From Paragordius varius (taxonomy: Eukaryota; Animalia; Nematomorpha), in NCBI GenBank assembly GCA_964247055.1, contig OZ176055.1:9424001-9488000 (forward strand): DNA of 64,000 nt, in the 5' to 3' direction. The stretch's first letter is position 1; every line of letters starts with the position of its first letter. The notes beneath the pieces were generated by a model, which worked only from the letters and a program-made list of their open reading frames with translations, made no database searches and was not told where the DNA came from. Below are positions 1 to 13,561 of the stretch, piece by piece. Both the position numbers and the translations under genes were made by a program.

Positions 1-1552
1 GATGGAATAATCCCATTTGCTAAAGCACTAATCCACACAAGTATAGCCAGCAGGATCCAGGGTGACGCGCACGATGAAAAGAATCCTCCTACAGAATATA
101 TGAGGAGTTAATAAAGTAGTTTTATTAGAATTGAAATGTATAAAGACAAAATTGTTTTATAAAGAAAAAAAAATCTTTAATTTAGCATATATAACCTATT
201 AATGATGATTATTCCTTAATTGGCACCCCCAAAACGATATGTTATTTTTAGTATATCAAGGGTTTAAAAGTGAATTTGTTTTCAAATAGAAAGATGTGTT
301 TTAGTTTATATTATCTAACTTAATAATTAGGGTTGCGTTGCATGTGTTTTCGGAAGATAGATATAACAAAATGAGTTTTAACCTAAAACAGCTAAAAAAG
401 TTTACAGCATATTTTCATGATATATATATTTATCTAGAATGTTTACAAAGGTACTGTTTAAAAAATTCTACTTAAAGACTCTGAAAGCAATATATGAAAA
501 ATTTGTACCATTCTTTGTTATTCGTTGAGTATCTATATCCCTAATTGTTGTCACATCGTTGAGTTTTGAGGGTGACAATGTATCTTCATTCATATCAAAT
601 TTTTTAGTGGATTGAGGCGAATGAACTTCCATAAGTCTTGTATTAGGATCTGAGTGTGTTGTAGAACTTTCAACTAAAAATAATATATTATACATTATAA
701 ATTTTAATCAATATATATCCCTTTTGTTAAACAAAGGACAAAAATTATAAGAAAAAGATATTAACCTTGCATACTTTGATTTGGGTTGCTCGTAGAATCT
801 TTCCGGTTACGCCTGTTAAGGATGGATGGAATATTTAAACATGTAAATGCAATCATGGATAAAGTAATGAGACACGTTATGATTATGAAAAACGTTGAAA
901 CGGAAAAACGTGGTTTTAGCGGTTCAGGTACAAATTGATCTATGAGAGTCGAATTAATGACATCAAAAACTTGAACTTTTTGACATTTAGGAGTTCCACC
1001 GATACCCTGAATAAGTGAAAGGAAGCTTGGAATAAAACCGCTTAAACCTGAACCAATGTAATACGCTGTAATGTAAGATGATGAAAATTGTGACAAATAA
1101 GGGAGAAATACCACGTTTGATGCACAATTCGTAAGGGATAAAAAGAATACCAAAATAAGGAGTGAAGAACTGCGCACTGAACCTGCAATAAATGATTTAT
1201 TTTGCCAATAAAAGGCAACACTAATGCATGACGATATTTGTAACAAGAGAATAAAATAAATGGGCGCTAGATACAATGCGACAAAATTGGTAGAATTATT
1301 GGTTAATGCTGTATTTATGCGAGTTCTTTTTTGAATTATAATATTGTAAACCGTAAATATTATCGTAGATATGTTTCCCAATTGGATTATGATCGAAAAG
1401 AATGATGGTAATGTCCATTTTTCAGGCAGGTTATTGACAAATATCGGTAATTGTACCCATATACTATTGATTGATATCCATGAACTAAGCCCGAATAATA
1501 TAACAAATATATAATTTAATATGTCTATTTTAGGGCGAACATGCTTAGCCAT
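1..1552 (-). CDS. SLC52A: Riboflavin transporter (SLC52/RFVT family), 5' part; exons ~1552-765, ~674-471, 88-<1; continues off the window
   Basis: ORF 761-1678 has YIFVILFGLSSWISINSIWVQLPIFVNNLPEKWTLPSF, matching the SLC52 N-terminal pattern LFGxxSWxxxNxxWxxLP...LPExWxLPS. Likely ATG at 1552 (the ORF-track start at 1678 is TTG). The exon at 88-1 reads GFFSSCASPWILLAILVWISALANGIIPS, the SLC52 C-terminal-half xALxNGxxP motif. GT/AG boundaries were seen. Confidence 0.88.
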
Positions 1553-2699
1553 CACATGAGATACCCTTGAGAAGTATGTACAAAAGAGTTCCAAATGTTT
1601 AATTATTTTACTTGTGTGAATTGGTTTTTTTAAAAATTTTATGACTCCATTACCTTTTAGGGTGGTTTTATATCCCAAAGCAAATATAATGACTATGATT
1701 CTTTAGCAATTCTCTGCTTACAAAATCGGGGGTTGTAAAAAATAGCCTGATGAAATTTATATATTCTGCTAGAAAAATGTATTAGGATAATCAGGTGTTT
1801 TAGTTTTGGTTACGGGTTTTTGTGGTAACTGCTTCATCGAAATAGCAAAATTGGCACAATTTTGCTAAATAAATTTTTTTAGTAAAGGTAAATGCCTCCT
1901 AAAAATTTCACGATTATAATACTTTATATATAAAAAACAAAGCATATTATAATAAATTTTAATTTTTAGATGTAGTCTCTGAAAATCCCAAATTTTTTCG
2001 CATTTGATTTCATTCGCCTAAAATAAACGTAAAAAGGTGAGATCCTGCGATATAAATTTTAAAACACTGCTAAATTTTTACACAATCGAAAGAAATATTT
2101 TGCCCAAAAATTTATTTAACGAAATTGTTAAAGCCGATTCCACTTAATTTGGGGGCATGATGGAAACGGTATAAAATCTCTTTTATTATGTTTAGGCAAA
2201 AATCAGAGTGAATTTAAAAAAATGCAATAGTTTTTAATTAAGTAATTAATTTTTTAAAAAAATTTTAATGGTAAATTCTAATTAAGGTATCTTTTCAGAA
2301 AAAAATACTATATATTTCCAAATACTATCTACCACAACTTCTTGTAATTAAATTATGGTTGTTTACAAAAAACCAATGGCTTTAATTATACCAAATTTAT
2401 TATATTTTCGAATAACCTTGGTGTCGTTTTATCTTATAAGAATTTAAATTAAATTGGGCATGTTTTAGGTGCATTATTTGCAAGATATTTTAATTGAAAG
2501 TGTCTTTTATATTAATTTTAAGATAAAAAAATTACTTAAAGCAATGCTTATTAAGTCAAACGTCTAGCCCAAGCATGACAACATGCGGTTCTTTGCAAAT
2601 TTAATGAACCGCTAAATTATTATTCTAGTAGAAAATAAATAATTTATAGCATTTGGTGAGGTGGAGTATTGGTCAAAAGGTTTTTAAGTAAATCCCATT

Positions 2700-3103
2700 T
2701 ATTGGATTATGAAACTTCTTCTGAATTTTCAAATACCTCGCTTTTAATACTGGATATTTCAAATCAAATTTTTTCTGTTTCTTTTACACTTTCTTTGATC
2801 ATTGAAATATCCATTAATAAATTGTTTTTCATTTTATTAATTCACATATATGGAATAATTGAAATTTTATAAAAAGTTGGATTGTCTTCTTTTTCGAAAT
2901 TACTGGATGTGCTTAAATGCTAATGTTTTAAGGATGCATGTTTAACATTTTAAATTTTTAAATAAGCAAATTTAAATATTTATATATTTTTCTATAATAT
3001 TTCTTCAAAAAAAAATTACCAGCAATTTTTCAAAAAACAGCTGAAATGACCTTGTCACAAAATAAATAGTCATTGACCTGGTCATGACCCGGTCACAACC
3101 CTA
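2700..3103 (+). mobile_element. Partial copy of a ~700-bp non-autonomous TIR element (same family as 60329-61017)
   Basis: Shares ...aaaaaaattacca..aattttt.caaaaaacagctg...gacctggtcatgacccg...cacaaccctatttc and upstream ttactggat.tgct..atgctaatgtt.taagg.tgcatgttt with 60740-61020. Confidence 0.6.
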
Positions 3104-3124
3104 TTTCTGAATAATAATATGTAA

Positions 3125-5281
3125 TCTATATATTTATAAAAATGGAAAATGCTGGCTTTGTGATCTGGTACAGGAAAACCGGTAGACCCAATCAAATCCA
3201 AATATCGAAAAAATATAATCATTAATAAATGTCCCGACAATAGCTTCGCCATTTTTTTGAAATAGGCCCCCAGTTCGGGCCCACCCCGTATGAAAAACGG
3301 GTTTTTTTTGAAAACAGAAGTCCACAAAATCGTGTTTTTGAGACAATTTTCCGGAGAACGTGTTGGACCATTCAATTTCAAATATGATTTTTGTTTACTT
3401 ATTTTCGATTGCTCTGAACATAGCCGAGCCACTTTTTTGATTTAGGCCCTCTTTTTACCCGCTCCCCCCGTAAAATGCCACATTTTTCAAAAAACAAAGT
3501 CCACAAAGATAATTTTTTAAATCGATTTTTCGCCCTAGGTATGAGACCGTAAAAATTCAATATGGATTACACGTATTCCCTGTTAAAAGGCAAAAATTTT
3601 AGTCCACCGTTTATTTAATGATAGCTGCTGGGTAAGGAGCTACCCGCTAAAAACTGATTTTTCATGTAACTTTGTGATCTGTTTCCGGAAAACCGGTGAT
3701 CCCAATCAAATCCAAACATCGAAAAAATTTAATCATTAATGAATTCCCCGACAATAGCTTCGCCCTTTTTTGGAATTAGGTCCCCAGTTTGGGCCCACCC
3801 CGTGTGAAAAATGGGTTAAGTCAATTTTTTGGAGAACGTGTTGGACCATTCAATTTTAAATATGATTTTTATTTAGTTATTTTCGATTGCGCTGAACATA
3901 GCCGAGCCTTTTTGATTTAGGCCCTCTTTTTACCCGCTCCCCCCGTAAAATGCCACCTTTTTCAAAAAACAAAGTCCACAAAAATAATTTTTTAAATCGA
4001 TTTTTCGCCCTAGGTATGAGACCGTAAAAATTCAATATGGATTACACGTATTCCCTGTTAAAAGGCAAAAATTTTAGTCCACCGTTTATTTAATGATAGC
4101 TGCTGGGTAAGGAGCTACCCGCTAAAAACTGATTTTTCATGTAACTTTGTGATCTGTTTCCGGAAAACCGGTGATCCCAATCAAATCCAAACATCGAAAA
4201 AATTTAATCATTAATGAATTCCCCGACAATAGCTTCGCCCTTTTTTGGAATTAGGTCCCCAGTTTGGGCCCACCCCGTGTGAAAAATGGGTTAAGTCAAT
4301 TTTTTGGAGAACGTGTTGGACCATTCAATTTTAAATATGATTTTTATTTAGTTATTTTCGATTGCGCTGAACATAGCCGAGCCTTTTTGATTTAGGCCCT
4401 CTTTTTACCCGCTCCCCCCGTAAAATGCCACCTTTTTCAAAAAACAAAGTCCACAAAAATAATTTTTTAAATCGATTTTTCGCCCTAGGTATGAGACCGT
4501 AAAAATTCAATATGGATTACACGTATTCCCTGTTAAAAGGCAAAAATTTTAGTCCACCGTTTATTTAATGATAGCTGCTGGGTAAGGAGCTACCCGCTAA
4601 AAACTGATTTTTCATGTAACTTTGTGATCTGTTTCCGGAAAACCGGTGATCCCAATCAAATCCAAACATCGAAAAAATTTAATCATTAATGAATTCCCCG
4701 ACAATAGCTTCGCCCTTTTTTGGAATTAGGTCCCCAGTTTGGGCCCACCCCGTGTGAAAAATGGGTTAAGTCAATTTTTTGGAGAACGTGTTGGACCATT
4801 CAATTTCAAATATGATTTTTGTTTACTTATTTTCGATTGCGCCGAACATAGTCGAGTCACTTTTTTGATTTAGGCCCTCTTTTTACCCGCTACCCCCGTA
4901 AAATGCCATTTTTTTCAAAAAAAACAAAGTCCACAAAAATATTTTTTCGATTGTATTTTTTTGCCCACGGTATGAGACTGTAAAAATTCGAGAAAGATTT
5001 TTCGTATTGCCTGTTAAAAGGCAAAAATTTTAGTCAAGCGTTTCTTTAATGATAGATGCTGAGTAAGGAGTATCTATCATATGTATAGCATGTTAAAAGA
5101 TATATGGATATTAATACATTATTTATGGTAATCTATATATTTATAAAAATGGAAAATGCTGGCTTTGTGATCTACAGGAAAAACGTTATACCCATTCAAA
5201 TCCAAACTTCGAACCCCCCCCCCCCCCCCAGAAGTCCGAAGGACTTCCTCGGGCTGCGTAGCAGCACGAGATTCACGCTAG
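3125..5281 (+). mobile_element. Non-autonomous Helitron-like element or compound, with an internal tandem array and a second 5' end at 5132
   Basis: 5' end is a|TCTATATATTTATAAAAATGG at 3125, repeated at 5132. 3' end is CTAG|t at 5278-5282, preceded by hairpins GAAGTCC-GAA-GGACTTC (5231-5247) and CTCGGGCTGC-GTA-GCAGCACGAG (5248-5270). The A|T target, TC...CTAG ends and subterminal hairpin are the canonical Helitron signature. Confidence 0.8.
3160..5075. repeat. Tandem array of ~4 units, period 475 bp
   Basis: gtttccggaaaaccggtgatcccaatcaaatccaaacatcg recurs at ~3682, ~4157 and ~4632 (spacing 475). Middle units look identical; first and last units are diverged. Confidence 0.95.
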
Positions 5282-6341
5282 TATTTAATAGATCTAATAC
5301 TTATTATTTATGATTCAAATTTAATGTTTAACCTGTGGAGAGAAATGTCATAATAAAAGTAGTCCGCCGATGTATTTGCCGATCCCTGACACTGTTTTGG
5401 TTTCCAGACTATAAAGGTTAGTACCATTCGTATTTTATTCAAGCTGACTGTTATAATTCTATTTCATTTATAGTTATATATGTTTCTGAAATTGATGGTA
5501 TGGTTTATACTAAGTTACTGAGAATATAATCAATTCTTTATTTTTTTAATAAATGAATCGGTCGAGATGCCACTTATGTATAAGTTACAATAAATGAACA
5601 TCAAATATTTTCTGCATATATATTTTAATTATGATGATCGCACCAAGCATAGCTAAACCTGATGATCCCAGTTAAGGCAAAAATAGACACAATCGCAACC
5701 CTAACCCCAATGAGACCAAATAATGTTTTTTCATATAGGTCGCGTACAATAATTTTTGATTTAATGAATATGTTTATTATGCCAATTATAGACATGTATT
5801 TCTAAATCTATACACCGAATATTAACTTACACTTAGAATTATATGCCTCAGTAGGCAGAAATTAATATTGAGTGATTGCCAATCATATACTTCTTTCTAA
5901 TAATGATTTATTTTACTCAGCCATCAAGTTTAATTTAATCCATGTTTTGCTGATTAAACCTCTTTCAAAAATTCCAAACTTATACTAACACTATTCCAAG
6001 TCGTGATCAGGATAGTATTTATAAATAATCAAATAAAATATCAATTATTCAATGGATTTATTTAATACAATACTTTGTAATATTGAGCATATAAATTAAT
6101 TAACTATATCAAAGTAAGTCACAATTTCGTTCTTATAAATGACAACAAAATATGACATTTATTGAGAATGTCCTTTATACAATAACTTCATTGTTAGCAT
6201 TATTTATCTTCTTCTTCCTCAGAATCTCTAAAATTATATATAATCAATTATTAATAAAAAAGAAAGCGTCATATGATTTTTCTTTACTTTTTAAACGTAA
6301 ATTAGGCCTAAAAAGTTAAGACCCCTTATAAACAATAATTT

Positions 6342-9300
6342 TTACATTTCATCGCTAATGTCACCATCGATCGTGGCTAAGGGCATAAGGCATTCACAAA
6401 TAAAATTATTAGCCGTTACGCAACCCTTACAATAAACTTTGGCACAATGCGAATTTATACATTGTTTGAAGCCGACATGATCATCTTTTGATCCTGGTCT
6501 ACAGCATTGACAGCAATATTTGCGTTCGAATCCCAAACAATTGAATAATATGCGGAAACATTTATATCTATAATTAAATTATATATATATATTATATATA
6601 GTAAAAATCGAAATGAAATTATACGGACAAAACCTACAAACTAAAAGACAACCATACTTTATAAAACCTGATCTCTCTACAAAAAGTATAAAATTACAAT
6701 TACAAAATATGTAATTTATTGTGTAACCAATTTATCTGAATTCCCCCGTTTTGCCAACTAAAATAAAAAGTTATGGTTAAAAAATTTAAATTTAGTAAAT
6801 ATGGTTATCTTTATTAAAAAATATTTATTTTGTTTCTATTTCCAATAAATCTTTTTTGTTAATATATTTTGTCGAACTCTATATTTCAGAATTTATGAGG
6901 AAATGACATATTTTTCCTAATCTAGATCTCTATAGTTTGGGTTTTATCCGAAATCCTTTCAAAAATTTTACCAGTTTTCTGGTTAGGTATGAATAAAATT
7001 TACTCCATAGATAATTTGTCTCTAATATCAATGGCATCTTCCACCTCGGTATCAGAATCTGTTTGTTCCAATTGATTCCGTAACGTTCCAAGCGTATTGA
7101 CGCGTTTTAGCATTATACGGTTGTAAAGATATAAGGCTCTTTCTTTAGCCCGATCTGGGTAAAAATAACCGCATATAATGTGCCTTAGTCTTAGTCCGTA
7201 GGATTCAAAAATCACCATGATGAAGCAAATAACTATGGTAAATCCTATAAAAATTAAAAAATAAAAAGACAAAACATAAAAACGAAAGCACTAATATCTT
7301 TTGTGAAAATAATTATATTTTTTGACCTTTTTTAAATTACCGATTTTTTTGGGAGGAGGGGTCGAAAAATAACGAACCGACATATAAATTGGTACATTTA
7401 ATCATGTGTTTCACAATTTATTTAAACACAATGTTGTTTTCCATGGTTTTCACGTTATGTCCATATAATTTTAATTTATAATATATAGTATTGTTGGAAA
7501 ATTAAAAATTTGTCTTAACAAAAAACTTGAAATTAGAAAATTTAATAAACAATATGGTATTAGATCTTTTTTGGGTTACCTATTAAGGGGTATGTATCGA
7601 AATCGGGCTCATACGGTACCGGGATACACGTTGGTGTAGGTTGGCTAACTGAGGCCACGGTTTCAAGAGAGTTAACTACTTCTTTGTACATATTAGCCAT
7701 CATACCTTTTCCCTCAATATCAATTTTCATTTTGTGTGGAACTAAAAAATCACCATATAAGCTTTTCTACATTTCAAAAAAATCTTTTAAACCCTTAAAA
7801 TAAATTTTACTATAATCTTTAAAACTATTAGGAAAAATTCCTGCAAAATCTGAAATCCCGATTTTTTAAACCCCAATTAGATCAATTATAATATAAAAAC
7901 GATAAATAAATTGAGAAAAAGAATTTTTGCTTACAATAATCTGAAGCTTTTATGTCTTGATGAGCTTGTAGTAATGAGATCATCCAATAAATAGTATAAT
8001 CAGTGATCATGTAAAATATGATGTGAAAAGTTGTGCAAATCAATACAATGATCCCAAATATAAATTTTCCAGCTTCGCTAGCTGTCATACGCAAACTATA
8101 CGTTTCTAATATAAAAAAATTGTATTTAACTCAGCTGTAATTACTAATCGAAATAATTGTAGTATATTTTTAGACATAATTTTCACAAAATACAAATGCT
8201 ATACCACCTACAATTCAAATTCACCCTAAAAAAATAGTGTTTTCGGCCTAATATACCTCATCAATGTATGTAATATATCTTAATGGCATAGTTTATTATT
8301 TTTTCAGTAATAAATAATCTTAAAAAACACTAAATTTTGGGTGAATTTGAATTATTTGAGTGTGAAATTAATTCGTTCGTGGGTAAAATTAAATTATTAA
8401 AGGGTGAATTTGAACTGTAAATAATATATAATAACCAAATTTCAAATTAATTTTAAGAGTTGCATAAGTTAATTCATGAATAAGATGAAAATAAATTGGC
8501 TATAAATAAAAATGTTTTTGTGAAAGTAATATAAATATCAAACCAAATTTTAAATCCACAAATATACCATTTACGATTTCTATAGATTGTGTTAAAAATT
8601 TTTTATATTAAACCATTTTGCAACATAAATTAATAGAAAAAATGTAAATACTAATGTAAGTCCATTTCTCACGCCATGATAATGGTAACAAATTTTCTTT
8701 GTCCAGGGCTACACGTCTCTCATCTATTTTCACGAATTGGGCCGTTATATAGGTGTTATCAAATTCATCTTTGTGCAAATATTTTTTGCGATAACTACAG
8801 GCCTTCAAAAGCGACAAGAATATAGCTAAAGTCAGTAGAGTTTTGCAAGTTTGAGCCAATCGGAGAAAAAATTCAAATTTGCTTTTGATTTCGTTCAAGA
8901 TATCTCGACGTACATCTTCAAACGATTTGGATTGCGTGACAGAAAGATTGAGATGGTACTCAACTATGGATAAAAAATATGCATATAAGTTTTAATATAA
9001 AGGTTAAAAGTATATAAGTATCAAATATGCGGCCATCCACGACTTTTTGTCCGGCCTACGGAAAATTGATAAAATCCGAATTTTTTAATCTGCTAAAATA
9101 TTGCAATTACAAAATCTTAATTAAAATTAAATATTTCTTCTTTTTAAATATTATATCTTGAATATTTGTTATCCTATTTGATCAGATTTATGGCGTAAAT
9201 TGATTTTTAGATATAGTTTTAATTCACGGCAGCAAAATCATTTGTATCTTTAGGTGTAAATTTATTTTTTATGTATAATATAAAATATTAATATACAATC

Positions 9301-11370
9301 CTATGATTCGAAAGCAAGATTTTGTTATAAAATATTTTTGACGGTTCAATATTGGATATAATGTTTGAAGAATCAAGTGTAAAATATTTATAAAATTCCC
9401 TTGTCTTATTGAAAAAAAACCTAAGTAAAATTTTGTACAATGCCTTATATATATATTTATCACTACTTGTAATGTTGAGGTAAAACAGATTGTACACATT
9501 TTGTACAGCTTTGTTGAGTCCGGCTTTAATTTTATCAATGGCAAAATCTTTGAGCGATTTCAACGGTTTACAAAAGAAACCCATCCCCTTAGTAATTTTA
9601 CAGGTGAAATCAAACGAGCGTGTAATTTTGCACAGTTTCTTAGCTTTTTTCAGTTTAATCATGCAATTATCGTAGGCTTCATCAAAGGCTTTTATACATT
9701 TCTCGTAGGGTCCACCAATTTTATCATTGCACACGTTAAATATGCGTTGCATAAAACTCTTTATACGTCCTATGGATTCACAAAGCCGGCTAAACAAATC
9801 TTTGATGGCTAAAAAAGCTTTTTTCCCTCTCTCAATCACCACGATAATCCGATTGATAACTCCTTTAACCTTATTGACCAAACCTATTGCCATAAAAAAA
9901 ATATTGAATCAAAATAGTTTACAATCCTAAAAAAATAATTAAATTTATACAAAAGACCAAATTTTAAGTCTAAAATACAATTTTTTTAAGAAAAGACAAC
10001 CATACTTTTTATGAACCTTGATTTTTCCTACATAACCAATATAATACAATATTAAAATATATAAATGAATTACATCTCTATTCCTTATTTTGCGATCCAA
10101 AACGATGAGTTTATATTGAAAAAATCGAAATTAGAAATATGGTTGTCTTTTTTAAAAATGTGTCTTTTAGTTCTTTTCGTGTTCTCGGTATAATTACAAT
10201 TATTAGTGTAATACAAGTTTAAGAAATTCCTACATGGCATAATAAAAAAATTTTCTCAGATTATCATTACAATATAATGTTTTCAAAGAGTATATTTTTT
10301 TTTCGTTTATTAATTGTGTTCCTAGAAAACGCTCCAATTTAATTGCTAATTTCCTATGCCGAGGGCTGACTGATCAAGCCTTTTTTTGGCTAAATTTAGT
10401 TTAAAACTCACCTTTAACGGGTTCCATGGCATCTCCAGCGATTTCTGCAGTAATATTTTTTATCAATGATTGGCCACAAGCCAAACTTGAAGTCATCAAT
10501 TGCGTGTTTCGGGCAATATTTTGACCAGGCCCATTCATGACAAGAACAAAGGTGTAACCTAGAATCAGAGCTTTACCTTTTCAAAATAAGGGATATAAAT
10601 ATATTATAAACATAACAATATAATTGGTTAAGTATTAAACAAGTATATTTTTAATAAATTTTCATTTTTTCTAATTTAGGCGTGATTTAAAATACCAATC
10701 TAATTTACGAGCCAGATTTGGAGTGTTATTATTAGGTATAAGATTATAGGAATGATATTAGATTAATTTCTAAAATCTTAGTCATAATTTTAATAAAAAT
10801 TCCAATGATTTTTGTTCAACCCCAAAAAAAATATAATATTTTACATCATGGCTATATACCTTGGTTGGTAAAAAATTGCGGAATTAACAAGAGGAACAGG
10901 CATTTAACATCAGGTACAAATGCAAGACCCATAGTTAACAAAAATCCTACAATCACGCAAAACGTGGTAGTTTGCCACATGGAATATTTCAGCTCTAGGG
11001 CTATAAACCAAAACATAACGCTTGTCAGGATTAGTCCACATATGAAACCGATGAAATAACGCATAAAATAATTGAAGGGAGCATTCGGGTTTAAAATACG
11101 GCCAAGAATTTTGCCTAACTTGCTTGGTTGATCTGAGCTGCCCTTTTTGTCCATTTCTTGAGATTCAAGTTCTGGCAATAAAAGCGGTTGATTAACACAA
11201 GGGCACAGCGTTTCCTTTGTCAAATCCCAAATCCATCCACAAAAATGTCTTGGACAAGATTTAACTGGAGGTAATCCTATAGCTGCCCTATAAGCATTAA
11301 CTTTGGCTGTTTTCAGCTTTTTCAAGGCTTTCCTTACTTTCAAAGCCTTGAATATGAGATGGAAAACCAT
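6342..11370 (-). CDS. DCST2: DC-STAMP domain protein, DCST2/sneaky/SPE-42-like, ~734 aa; exons 11370-10860, 10576-10412, 9883-9467, 8963-8652, 8105-7935, 7741-7580, 7244-7004, 6567-6342
   Basis: Eight exons join in frame (2205 nt) with GT-AG ends. Motifs: PQFFTNQGKALILGYTFVLVMNGPGQN...SLACG; Cys-rich ectodomain (CNDKIGGPYEKC...FCKP); YLHKDEFDNTYIT; RLRHIICGYFYPDRAKERALYLY; C-terminal C4C4 RING-like CCQC...CINSHCAKVYCKGC...CEC. DCST2 versus DCST1 is judged from recalled similarity. Confidence 0.88.
6600..6890 (+). mobile_element. Degenerate copy of the ~290-bp Tc1/mariner-like MITE
   Basis: gaaattatacggacaaaac...aaaagacaaccatacttt is shared with 30275-30565 and 53382-53665. Confidence 0.55.
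8205..8419. mobile_element. MITE with 21-bp subrepeats (TACAGTTCAAATTCACCC-type ends)
   Basis: caattcaaattcaccct on the left, agggtgaatttgaactgta on the right, with a shared core (atggcatagtttattatt). Same family at ~34410, ~37840, ~50158 and ~63118. Confidence 0.7.
9935..10195 (+). mobile_element. Degenerate copy of the ~290-bp Tc1/mariner-like MITE
   Basis: aaaagacaaccatacttttt on the left and inverted atggttgtctttttt on the right, as in 30275-30565. Confidence 0.5.
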
Positions 11371-12251
11371 TTTAATTTAGGTGTAATGTGATAGTTTATT
11401 AAATTAACAAAAAATTAATTCAAAATAACGATTGATTGTTACAATGTATAAGAGTGAATAAGAATGATTTTGAATGAATAACATATATACAGACATTACA
11501 CCAAAATCGAGTTTTTCATACTGATTCCAACTACTACACACATTTTTTTACAAAACGCAGGCTAAATGATTCGAATCAGTCTAATTAATAATTTGTTAAA
11601 TGCTCTTGTTTTTTTTTCAAATATTTAGAAATTTGATTTTTTGACAAGAATTATTTTAATATAACGGTAACACTATAAATATGTAAACGCTAAATTATCT
11701 TTTAAAGAGATTTTTTAGATAAGAATGAAAAACAACTAAACAGATTCCAATATCATTTTATGACCACATTCAAGGATACACAAGCTTTACTTTCATGGGA
11801 TTAATATTTGTGAAATTTAGAAATATGGATTAATAAGCCCTATTTTTAATTCCATTAATAATACTGTCTCAGAATCTGAAGTTTAATTGCCAAATGATAC
11901 TTAATAAGGTTTTATTATAAAAACAAATTATTTTAAAAGAAACAAATTTAACATTGCTATGGCTAGAATAACCAACTCCAACGGTATTTCTAAGACATGG
12001 AATTGACATCATATAGATTCAATAATAATTTTTTGGCATTTATTGGTTAAACAATTATCTAACTTTCACCCAATTATTAAATCTAAAATCAATCGATGTT
12101 AGAAGAAAAGCAACAAATTGCGATCATTAGGGAGATTTTTTGTTAAGTTTGCTTTATAAAAATTTTTTTAGCGTGTTACCAACATTTATTAAAAAATATA
12201 ATTAGATATGATATATAGAACATAAACTAATATTTGAATTTTTTGTATAAT

Positions 12252-12433
12252 CAGGGGTGTCCAACACGCTTTCTTCGGTAGCAAGTGCCCTAAATCTCAA
12301 AAAATAAAAAATTGAATTTCAATCATAAATTTGAATTATTTAATATATTATCATCGAAAATTGAGCTTAAAATAAATAAAAAAACAAAAAATGATTATAG
12401 CAGCACGCGAAACATCTTTGTTGGACACCGCTG
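12252..12433. mobile_element. hAT(Charlie)-like MITE
   Basis: TIRs CAGGGGTGTCCAAC ... GTTGGACACCGCTG (13/14 match). The 8-bp flanks are not a clean TSD. Confidence 0.65.
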
Positions 12434-12799
12434 CTATAAATATAATTCAAACTTTGTTGTCTGTATAATTGAAATTGTCTTGAATGTTTTATTTCATTTG
12501 CAATAATTAGAAGTGTTATAGCATACCACACTGTGCGAAAATAATGGAAATTAGGCATTACTTAATAGTGAGAAAGTCAACTTAATTTAACTGCTACGCG
12601 TCAAAGAAATTTTATTTGCAAAAAAAACTGCTTGATGCGAGTTAAGAAGGTCCCGAATTAAAGCTAAAATATCGCTTCAAGGTGTTAGGGTGTGAAATTT
12701 AACAATATTTCTGTATACTAGTGTAATTATATGTTTTACCGATTTTTGTGTAAAAAACATGTAGTTGCGAAATGAAATTTATTAATTATATTATTTAAG

Positions 12800-13523
12800 A
12801 ATATATCGGCTTCTACACCTTTAGCCCATTTTTCATGATATATTCAAATGCCGTGCTCTTATTGTCTGGATTGCCATTCGTAAGCCATATTCTAACTTCT
12901 GAGAAATTATTGAAAACCGGCTCTGCCATGATTTGCCCCATTTATGCAAAGTTCTATAAGTCAGATGGGGCCAGGTCAGGAGAGTTCTGCGGAGGCGAAA
13001 GACTTTCAAATCAAAGGATTTTACAGTACCTCTCATGGGTTTGCTGTTAAGGCGGAGCATTGTCATGTAACCTAACCTTGTCTTCTAACATTCTGGTCGT
13101 CTTTCGATTGTTTCATGTTTTAAATTGAAAATACGTTCCGATACCTCTATTTATTAAAGTTTATCGGTTTTAAAAGGTTTAAAATACAAAGTAACGTGTT
13201 ATAGTCACAGAGCACGGTCTTCTTGCTAAAGCGATTTGGCAATGAACCGAGTTGACAAGGTGAGGACCACAATTTTTCCGCTTTGGATTGACAAAAAGCC
13301 ATTTTTCATCACTCATCCAGATTTGATGCAAAAATATTTTTCTATGACGTTAAAGCAGGATTTCACAAGTCTGGCGACTTTGCCTTTCATATTCATGAAA
13401 ATTGAGTGGGAGCCATTTACCGAGTTTACTAATCTTTTTCATTGCAGACGTCTGCTGATTTTTTTGTAAAACATGTAATGCTTCTGGGGATAGCCGTTGG
13501 GTTTGAGCTGGGCATTCCACTAG
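12800..13523 (-). pseudogene. Degenerate mariner (Mos1-like) transposase
   Basis: Minus-strand frames give RQTCEILL*RHRKIFLHQIWMSDEKWLFVNPKRK, PNRFSKKTVLC, LHDNAP and SPDLAPSD, matching the mariner motifs TGDEKW, HDNA and YSPDLAPSD. Multiple stops and frameshifts; the upstream part is cut by the MITE at 13562. Confidence 0.85.
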
Positions 13524-13561
13524 TATCTGATAAAAAATAAAATATATGATATTCAAATTAA

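Noticed and set aside
3082-3432. ORFs 3082-3432, 3134-3346 and 5104-5313
   Set aside because: They lie in the repeat unit or Helitron end, are not conserved as ORFs across units, and have no recognisable domain.
3160-5075. Regular repeats as a CRISPR-like array or rDNA
   Set aside because: Units are 475 bp and identical without unique spacers; no rRNA motifs; eukaryotic Helitron context.
6342-6536. Cys-rich ORF resembling a piggyBac transposase C-terminal cysteine-rich domain
   Set aside because: It splices in frame as the last DCST exon and fits the DCST C4C4 RING-like pattern.
9269-9930. Overlapping ORFs on other frames and strands of DCST exon 3
   Set aside because: Shadow ORFs of a real coding exon.
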